Below the pieces are notes generated by a model, which made no database searches, was not told the origin of the DNA, and saw only the letters and a list, made by a program, of their open reading frames with translations. The translations under genes were made by a program, and so were the position numbers. Of a stretch of 64,000 nucleotides of DNA, positions 57,658-64,000 are shown one piece after another (position 1 is the stretch's first letter; every line of letters begins with the position of its first letter). The DNA is from an uncultured Gammaproteobacteria bacterium (GTDB lineage: Bacteria; Patescibacteriota; Microgenomatia; JALYQM01), in NCBI GenBank assembly GCA_964535655.1, contig CAZHTP010000003.1, positions 131,396 through 195,395 on the forward strand, in the 5' to 3' direction.

Positions 57658-59508
57658 ATGGGCATGAAAAAACCACTTATGCTTTTTATAACGCTTTTTA
57701 TGCTTGTCTTTCCTGGCACGGTTGAAGCGAAAAGTTATTATTTTCCTTCAGTTTCAATCGAAGCACATATTAATCGCGACCGAAGTATGGATGTAGTGGA
57801 AACTAGGACTGCATATTTTGACGGTACATATCACAATATATATTGGGATATGCCGTTTACTGTTTTCAAAAAACCGAATTCAGTATCTCTTTCAGAAGTA
57901 CGATCTGGTAGCGAAATTCCCTATGTTGACAAAGTTGGCGATGTTAGCCCTGGAACTTTTTCAGTAACTCGAGGTGCTGATATTCTTCATATAGAGGGAC
58001 ATTACGAAGCATACAATGAACAAAAGCAGTTTATACTTCATTACTCTGTCGAAGGCGCGGCCTCAAAATATGATGATGTCGGTGAATTGTACTGGAAAAT
58101 GATTGGCGACGGCTGGGGAGTAAAAACCAATTCAGTAACCGTACGTGTTTACTTACCTGAAAGTGTAGCGGCAAATCAGATATACGTATGGGGACATGGA
58201 CCACTAAATGCTCAAGCAAAGATTATTGACGGACAGATGACTGAATTTACTTCAACTGGACTTCCTGCCAATACTTTTTTTGAAATCCGCGAGCTATTTC
58301 CATCTACTTTACTTGATGGTACTGCGCAATCTGGTCAGCATTTAGAAACTATTATAGCTGAAGAAAAAGCCTTTCAGGATAAAACTACATTTCAAGCCTG
58401 GCTTGTGATAATTGGTATTTTGTCTTTGATAGGTATTCTGCTGGCATGGGGGGTGGGGTGGTATTTCCTATGGCTTAAATATGGCAAGGAATATAGCGCG
58501 AGTGATGTTCCTGAGCATGTAACTTTCCCGCCTAGTAAGCTTGCTCCTGCACTTGTTCAGCAGTTAGTAAATCAAGGGACAGCAGTTGATACTAATGCTT
58601 TTTCAGCAACCATACTTGACCTTGCAAGGCGCGGATTTATTAAAATTGAAGAATCACCGTATACTAAGGAATCTTTTTTACATTTAAATGACACTACCGC
58701 ATTTCGTTATACCTTACATGAACAGGAAGATGCAGTTGAAAAAAGCAGGAATGAATTTTATCCATTTGAACATTCCTTACTTGGGTATATTTTTATGCGA
58801 GGTCCGGTTGTAGATATGGATACGATTCAAAAAGAGATGAAAGATGATCCCCGGGCAACTAAAGCTTTCTTTGATTCATGGAAGAAAATGGTTGAGGATT
58901 CGTCAGATCAAAATGCGTTTATTGAACCGCAGAGCAAAAATGTGCGGATGATTTTTTCAGTTTCAACAGTTGCGCTTATACTAGTAGTTATTTTTCTGTT
59001 TTTCTGGAAATCATTACTTGCATCGGGTGCGATCTTTCATTTTCTATTGTTTGGAGCATTCCTAGTATCTGTACCGGTGGGTTTTATTGGCAAGCTTTTC
59101 TTGCGCTGGGATAAGGTGTCGCGAAGGGAGGCTGCTGAGTGGACAGGGTTTTCTAATTATTTACGTGATTTTGGTCATTTTAAAGATACGGTTCCCCAGG
59201 CAGTGATCATTTGGGAAGACTTTTTGGTATACGGCACAGCTTTGGGGTTAGCGCAAAAAGTCTCAGGATATTTGCCTATGATTCTTGCTGCTGATCCACA
59301 AGCCGTGCATCCGGTCTGGTTTTATTCAAGTGCTGGCTCTAGTGGTGGTTCAATTGGAGATTTTAATGCTAATTTTGCGACAAGCATTTCGAATAGCTTT
59401 GGCTCTTTTTCTACCGCTATGAATTCTTCCTTCAGTACTGGTTCGGGAGGAGGATTCTCGGGTGGTGGAGGTGGCGGCGGCGGCGGTGGTGGTGGTGGCG
59501 CGAGTTAG
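57658..59508 (+). CDS. DUF2207-like membrane protein with C-terminal poly-glycine tail
   Basis: Signal peptide, extracytoplasmic domain, TM helices. The C-terminus FSGGGGGGGGGGGGGAS is typical of DUF2207 proteins. Confidence 0.5.
   Translation: MGMKKPLMLFITLFMLVFPGTVEAKSYYFPSVSIEAHINRDRSMDVVETRTAYFDGTYHNIYWDMPFTVFKKPNSVSLSEVRSGSEIPYVDKVGDVSPGTFSVTRGADILHIEGHYEAYNEQKQFILHYSVEGAASKYDDVGELYWKMIGDGWGVKTNSVTVRVYLPESVAANQIYVWGHGPLNAQAKIIDGQMTEFTSTGLPANTFFEIRELFPSTLLDGTAQSGQHLETIIAEEKAFQDKTTFQAWLVIIGILSLIGILLAWGVGWYFLWLKYGKEYSASDVPEHVTFPPSKLAPALVQQLVNQGTAVDTNAFSATILDLARRGFIKIEESPYTKESFLHLNDTTAFRYTLHEQEDAVEKSRNEFYPFEHSLLGYIFMRGPVVDMDTIQKEMKDDPRATKAFFDSWKKMVEDSSDQNAFIEPQSKNVRMIFSVSTVALILVVIFLFFWKSLLASGAIFHFLLFGAFLVSVPVGFIGKLFLRWDKVSRREAAEWTGFSNYLRDFGHFKDTVPQAVIIWEDFLVYGTALGLAQKVSGYLPMILAADPQAVHPVWFYSSAGSSGGSIGDFNANFATSISNSFGSFSTAMNSSFSTGSGGGFSGGGGGGGGGGGGGAS
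59461..59499 (+). repeat. (GGN)13 glycine-codon microsatellite
   Basis: ggtggtggaggtggcggcggcggcggtggtggtggtggc, encoding 13 consecutive Gly. Confidence 0.8.
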
Positions 59509-59517
59509 CTTCTCGTA

Positions 59518-59838
59518 TTAACTCGCTTTTAACTTTTCATCGACTAAAATCTCGATACGATCCGGGGTCATAACTTTATCGTTTCTAATGAGCAGCACAC
59601 GATCTAAAATAATGTTGTCGACTTTAATAAGAGGTAACTGTTTTAATGTTTGTAGTTCTTCGATTGTAGGTGATTTAATAAATCTACTTAACGATATGTA
59701 ATTTGTTTCATAATATATTAGCGGTACAAACGGTTTAATTTCTAATGCCTTCCAAACTTCCGTAGCCCGTTCTTTTAATCTCGCAATAAGACCATCTTCT
59801 TCGGAAAAGAAAACTCCCCTTAATGCAGGGGAATTCCT
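59518..59838 (-). pseudogene. open frame (~106 codons) lacking any ATG/GTG/TTG start; possible 5'-truncated gene remnant
   Basis: Manual translation: ...SEEDGLIARLKERATEVWKALEIKPFVPLIYYETNYISLSRFIKSPTIEELQTLKQLPLIKVDNIILDRVLLIRNDKVMTPDRIEILVDEKLKAS*. Protein-like composition; the only Met is 18 codons before the stop. Confidence 0.25.
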
Positions 59839-60066
59839 TTATTAGACGACGCAGATTCCATGGAAGTATTTTATCATGTAACTTACCTTCTTATTATTCA
59901 ATTCTCATTCTTTGCTCATGGAGTCTGCGTACCAAGATGCTCCGTGGCTGAAAGAACTTCAGCAAAATTTGATTACGGCTTCTTAATCACTTCTGATCTT
60001 AAATGCCACAGTTTTTTCTCCTATTCTTTGGATTTACAACCCGCTTCTTTGTGTGTTTATATTAGG

Positions 60067-60084
60067 GTGTTAGCGCGCTACCAC
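60067..60084. promoter_or_regulatory. 18-bp inverted repeat GTGtTAGCGCGCTAcCAC (perfect 10-bp core TAGCGCGCTA) upstream of the Hsp20 gene; candidate operator
   Basis: Read directly in the sequence; ~70 bp upstream of the hsp20 start; not a canonical CIRCE. Confidence 0.3.
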
Positions 60085-60155
60085 TTCCCTATTTTTTATT
60101 TCTACCGATTCTTAAGATGTAATCTTTAAGGAGCGGCAGAGAGAGGAGTGTTCGT

Positions 60156-60767
60156 ATGTCGAGTGAATTACTGCCTACCAACTCTTGGACCTTTCCGTTG
60201 ATGCGATTTACGAGCCTTGCTGATGATACGAGTTGGCTACAACAAAGTACGGTTCCCTCTGGTTTATCTATAACTGAAGATGACGAGTATGTGTATGTAG
60301 ATGCGGCCTTGCCTGGAGTAAAAACAAATGATATTGAAATTTCATTTCATAATGGTGTGCTTCGCGTAACAGGTGAAGTGCAAGAAGAAGAGAAGAAAAA
60401 ACGTAAGAGTTACCATAAAATGACTTCATCATTTTCTTACCAAGTGGCGGTACCTGGTGAAGTGGATTTAAATGCAGACCCTGAGGCTATGTGTAGCGAT
60501 GGAGTTTTGACCGTTATATTTCCTAAAGTAAAGGCTGCAGCGCCGAAAAAGATTGTAATTAGTTCTAAACTTTCGGCTAAATCTAAAAAAGCTACTGAAG
60601 AGAAGGTTGAAAAACCTGAGGAAAAGGAAGAAGTAAAAGTAAGTAAGAAAGAAGCACCGACTTTGGAAGAGAACACCATTCCAGAAACGTTAACTCATGA
60701 TGAGGAAATACCTGAAGTAACTGATGAACTGGATGAAGAGGTGGAAAGCGAGGTAGCTGAAAAATAA
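60156..60767 (+). CDS. Hsp20/alpha-crystallin small heat-shock protein with Lys/Glu-rich C-terminal extension
   Basis: Alpha-crystallin domain (...GVLTVIFPK...) followed by a KKATEEKVEKPEEKEEVKVSKKE low-complexity tail. Confidence 0.75.
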   Translation: MSSELLPTNSWTFPLMRFTSLADDTSWLQQSTVPSGLSITEDDEYVYVDAALPGVKTNDIEISFHNGVLRVTGEVQEEEKKKRKSYHKMTSSFSYQVAVPGEVDLNADPEAMCSDGVLTVIFPKVKAAAPKKIVISSKLSAKSKKATEEKVEKPEEKEEVKVSKKEAPTLEENTIPETLTHDEEIPEVTDELDEEVESEVAEK

Positions 60768-60778
60768 CGGGTGGTTTG

Positions 60779-60808
60779 CCGGCCGGATGAATTCCGGCCG
60801 GTTTTTTT
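60779..60808. terminator. rho-independent terminator
   Basis: CCGGCCGGA-tgaat-TCCGGCCGG 9-bp GC stem followed by TTTTTTT. Confidence 0.8.
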
Positions 60809-60823
60809 AGTCTGCGTTTTATT

Positions 60824-61402
60824 TTAAGATATTTTAATATCTAAACTGCGGAGTAAGGATAGAGCTTCAGGAATGGTAAAGGTGGCTTTGGCAATTTTAT
60901 TTACCTTAAAGTCGATGGCATAATTTGACGCGTTGGTAAAATCTGCTTTGTTGAGATTAGTATTATGGAAGGTGCTCTTTTCTAAATTGGTGTGCTTAAA
61001 ACTCGCTTCGTGGAGATCGGCATTAGTGAAATCTGTTTCTATAATTGTTGAATTTTCAGCAATAAATTTCTGAGTTTTACATTCAAAAAAACTGCAATAG
61101 GAAAGTGTACAGTTATTGAATGAAAGATAGTCTAAACTATCTGCATCAGTGAAGACTATTCCGGTTAATTTAACGTTTGTCATTGTTGTATCGCGAAAGA
61201 CAGTATTGGGTAGCTTGCAGTTTAAAAACTGGCAGTTAGTGAACCTACAGGTATCCAGGCGGCAACGATGCATTGATGTTTCACTAAAAATACACTTATC
61301 GAAGGAACATTTTTCAAAGGTGACGTCATCATATTCTTCATTTTCAAGCTGGATATCTTTAAATTTAGTGTCGTAATATTCTGATTTATCGAAGAAATTC
61401 AT
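60824..61402 (-). CDS. pentapeptide-repeat protein (Qnr/MfpA-like fold)
   Basis: Tandem A(D/N)LxX-type pentapeptides: ADLHEASFKHTNLEKSTFHNTNLNKADFTNAS etc.; Cys-rich N-terminal half. Confidence 0.7.
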   Translation of the reverse strand: MNFFDKSEYYDTKFKDIQLENEEYDDVTFEKCSFDKCIFSETSMHRCRLDTCRFTNCQFLNCKLPNTVFRDTTMTNVKLTGIVFTDADSLDYLSFNNCTLSYCSFFECKTQKFIAENSTIIETDFTNADLHEASFKHTNLEKSTFHNTNLNKADFTNASNYAIDFKVNKIAKATFTIPEALSLLRSLDIKIS

Positions 61403-63090
61403 AAGGTATCTGCTCCCTCACCAATAATTTTTTCGTTTCTTGAGAAAAAGAACATTGTCGGATTGCGGATTTCATTTTCAAATCCAACAAATAATATTTT
61501 CCGACCTTGTTCAGTATTTTTTTGCACTGATGAAATATCTTTGGTGAAATAGAATTTCCCAAATTGGCTCGTAAAATTTAATCCGTTTTGGTCCGGTGTA
61601 TGATTGGTTACCGATTGTGACTGGAAGACTTGAGGATCATAACGCATAAACCACGCATAAAAAATGTACATTGGAGCTTTGGAACTTGAAACTATTATCT
61701 GATCGTACTTATTTTGACTCTCAAAAGCATACTGCACTTCATACTTAATACCATCATTCCATTTTTCTGCAACATAGTGTGGAGTAACTGTAAAATATTG
61801 GTTGTAAAAATACCCAACATTAATAAGCACGAGTACCGATGCAATGGGAATTAGTATGACTGACATTTTTCGTCGAGGGAATTTTTCTTGAAACCATTGG
61901 TAGGCCACAAGGCTTCCGTACGCTGCAATAATTACTAAAGGAATAACCATGTTTTGAGCTCGTGAGATGCTGGGAGTGAAAATGGTAAAGGCCGAAGCAA
62001 CTGGACTGATTAAGAGCCAGCTTAGAATTAACCATATCCAGGGTGGTCTATTTTTTATACATGCATACATGCCTATGAGTGTTACGGGAAGTAATATCAA
62101 TGGGAGAAAACCAATTCCAATAATCTGAAAGATTTCAAACACATCGCCAATAACAAAAAGAAAATTAAAATCAAAGTGTGAGAGATAGCGTTTTGCATAA
62201 TCCATAAAATAGAATAAGGGTTTATTATGCAGAAACTGAGTTATTTTAACGGGTTGGCATGAATCGGAACGAATAGCGTCAAATAGCCTGGCATCTACGC
62301 CCTTGTCATAAAAAATACTAATATATTTAGCTCGTTGCGTTACTTCGGGGGTTCGAATGGCTTTTAGAATGGGTAGACAAAAGATAAACGCGAGAACCAA
62401 ACTTAAGCAAATAGTTATGAGCGTGGCCCGAGACTGCAATTGTTTCATAATTTCTTTGCGATAGATACCAATTAGACTGAGTCCAAATAACGGAACGAAA
62501 ACCCGCGCGGAGTTATATGCATAGAGAGAAAGAGCGAATGAAGTTACAGCTAACACATAGTATCCGCGAGAAAAAGCGGAACCTATTTTGGCATGAATGG
62601 CTTTTAGAAAAAATACGGTACCAATAGTTATATAAAATAAGGCTGGAGTAAGTTCCCATGTTCCTCGTGAGACAAAAATGTGGGCTGGGGTTATTGCTAA
62701 AAATAAGGCCGCTAGTAAAGAAAGATAGTCGTTTTCTTTTTCCCTTCTTAGCTCACGCATGAGTAAATATACTGCGACAATTGTACCTGTACCATACAAA
62801 ACTCCTGGTAAACGTGCGGTCCATTCGGATGCTCCAAACAACGCAAATGAGCCGACAATTGAATAGAGCATGACTGGTAATTTGAAATCTCCGAAGGCCT
62901 CTGCGGTTATAGGTAAAAAGACTCCGTGTTCGTCTTTACCGGTTTTTAAAATAGAGTAGGCGTTATAGGCGTAGCTTGCTTCATCGGAATAAAATCCGGG
63001 AGGATTGGCCTGTAATTGGTGCACTCTTAAGAAAAACCCAAGACAAACAGTTGCGACAAGTGGGTATATTTTGTTTTTCATTCTTGCCAT
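61399..63090 (-). CDS. GT-C membrane glycosyltransferase, PMT_2 family, paralog 6
   Basis: FFLRVHQLQANPPGFYSDEASYAYNAYSILKTGKDEHG. Confidence 0.7.
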   Translation of the reverse strand: MARMKNKIYPLVATVCLGFFLRVHQLQANPPGFYSDEASYAYNAYSILKTGKDEHGVFLPITAEAFGDFKLPVMLYSIVGSFALFGASEWTARLPGVLYGTGTIVAVYLLMRELRREKENDYLSLLAALFLAITPAHIFVSRGTWELTPALFYITIGTVFFLKAIHAKIGSAFSRGYYVLAVTSFALSLYAYNSARVFVPLFGLSLIGIYRKEIMKQLQSRATLITICLSLVLAFIFCLPILKAIRTPEVTQRAKYISIFYDKGVDARLFDAIRSDSCQPVKITQFLHNKPLFYFMDYAKRYLSHFDFNFLFVIGDVFEIFQIIGIGFLPLILLPVTLIGMYACIKNRPPWIWLILSWLLISPVASAFTIFTPSISRAQNMVIPLVIIAAYGSLVAYQWFQEKFPRRKMSVILIPIASVLVLINVGYFYNQYFTVTPHYVAEKWNDGIKYEVQYAFESQNKYDQIIVSSSKAPMYIFYAWFMRYDPQVFQSQSVTNHTPDQNGLNFTSQFGKFYFTKDISSVQKNTEQGRKILFVGFENEIRNPTMFFFSRNEKIIGEGADTL

Positions 63091-64000
63091 TCTCCTATTT
63101 TGAACCCAATTGAGTTGTTACTCATTTTAAGTTCTTGCGGATATTTAAACTGGTCTGGAGTTCCTTTCCATCCATTAATAACGACTATATCGCCGTTTTG
63201 TGGTTTAATAGGTGCGCTTTCCGTATAAAATATGTATCTTGAGTCTTTCGTAAAATTATTTTGCGATGCATTAAAAAACCGAATATACTCCATAGTCTTA
63301 GGATCTGCTTCTATCAGTATTTTTTTCTTTGTACTGTAGTCTCTTGCAATTACTTCACCCAAGAGCGTTTGGTTTTCTGCCCAATCCCAGGAAGTTTTAT
63401 ATACATAATGTTTGTAATAAACGTGTAGGTACGTAACAAACGAGAAAGTAAAAAGAATTACCAATGTAAACTGGAGTCCAATAATACTTACTTTTTTATA
63501 TGCAACTATATGTCTGTTGAGCCAAATAATACTTTCAGTAATTCCTACTGCAGTAGCTATTGTTAACGGTACAAGAAGCGGTAAGGAACGGAGAGCATGA
63601 GGGACCGGTGTGGCAAGACCAGCGGGGAATGGTGCAACAACTAACCAGAGTAAGAGCAGTTTGCTTTGTTGTGTTTTTTCGCGAGCAAGAATTATTAGGC
63701 CAATTACCATAAAAGGCAGCTGCGATAAAAACATTTCACCAACTTCGCGCACTGAATGACGAACTACAATATCTCCTTCGAAGAATAAAAAGTTAGCAGA
63801 AAAATGGGTTAGATATTTTTGTAGGACTCCTAACAAGGCTCCTAAATAATACTGTTTATTCTCTAGCTCAAATACTTCTCTGACCCGTGCTGATTCATTC
63901 CCAAAAACCGAACCTAGCAAGGCTGACGCTATTATGATAAATAGTATGCCAAAACTGACTGAAACAATTCGTTTATTTTCCAATAAAGATAATTTCTTCC
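63078..64000 (-). CDS. GT-C membrane glycosyltransferase, PMT_2 family, paralog 7; 5' partial (N-terminus beyond window end)
   Basis: The C-terminal half aligns with the other paralogs: FFEGDIVVRHSVREVGEMFLSQLPFMVIGLIILARE...PFPAGLATPVPHALRS. The frame stays open through 64000. The track M at 63983 is a TTG within the open frame. Confidence 0.6.
   Translation of the reverse strand, partial: KKLSLLENKRIVSVSFGILFIIIASALLGSVFGNESARVREVFELENKQYYLGALLGVLQKYLTHFSANFLFFEGDIVVRHSVREVGEMFLSQLPFMVIGLIILAREKTQQSKLLLLWLVVAPFPAGLATPVPHALRSLPLLVPLTIATAVGITESIIWLNRHIVAYKKVSIIGLQFTLVILFTFSFVTYLHVYYKHYVYKTSWDWAENQTLLGEVIARDYSTKKKILIEADPKTMEYIRFFNASQNNFTKDSRYIFYTESAPIKPQNGDIVVINGWKGTPDQFKYPQELKMSNNSIGFKIGEWQE

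Noticed and set aside
59860-60129. 89-aa plus-strand ORF in the track
   Set aside because: It lies in the AT-rich hsp20 upstream region and is Cys/Phe/Tyr-rich with a low-complexity, non-protein-like composition. It is more likely the promoter and 5' UTR.
1-64000. Alternative genetic code (UGA=Gly, table 25) as in some CPR lineages
   Set aside because: Genes end at TAA/TAG and also at TGA. One example is the ATGA stop-start overlap at 44780-44783, which separates a complete Nudix domain from an SDR. Read-through would create implausible fusions, so the standard code is assumed.
1-64000. CRISPR array or other short direct-repeat arrays
   Set aside because: No regularly spaced repeats seen on reading through the intergenic regions. 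The only tandem repeat is the (GGN)13 glycine tract.

Overview
Low-GC (~35-38% by eye), densely coded bacterial window. Its gene content fits a small-genome, possibly Candidate Phyla Radiation-like organism (an inference, not a call). Standard genetic code; TGA is used as a stop (e.g. the ATGA overlap at 44780-44783).

(1) 1-24.98 kb: a very large surface-glycan / glycosylation locus, almost all on the minus strand with 4-13 nt gene overlaps. It holds 8 GT2 and 4 GT4 glycosyltransferases, 4 class I SAM methyltransferases (two paralogs carry an N-terminal Cys4 zinc ribbon), a Wzx-like flippase, a DPM1/ArnC-like polyprenyl-phosphate sugar transferase, an SDR, and exported/surface proteins.

(2) tRNA-Arg(CCT) at 25014-25085, with an extended -10 promoter upstream and a bidirectional terminator downstream.

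(3) 27.3-38.4 kb and 61.4-64.0 kb: seven paralogous GT-C (PMT_2 / GT39-GT83, ArnT/PMT-like) polytopic membrane glycosyltransferases. Interspersed are a CYTH-domain protein and another large polytopic membrane protein.

(4) 38.4-51.7 kb: a housekeeping and stress block. It contains Bcp peroxiredoxin, four NUDIX hydrolases, an aldo/keto reductase, a PIF1-like helicase, MFS, a THUMP RNA methyltransferase, AlkA-like glycosylase, TetR and GNAT. It also contains several decaying gene remnants: IMPase, DHH/PpaC-like, Ldh_2, and an SDR with an internal deletion.

(5) 51.7-56.8 kb: a 1708-aa membrane-anchored alpha-2-macroglobulin-family thioester protein (GCVEQ). It carries a ~129-aa Hint (intein/Hedgehog-like, GCF...VHN) domain inserted about where a bait region would lie. 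This is the most unusual feature in the window.

(6) 56.9-61.4 kb: a VIT1/CCC1 transporter, a DUF2207-like protein with a poly-Gly tail, an Hsp20 gene with an upstream palindrome and a strong terminator, and a pentapeptide-repeat protein.
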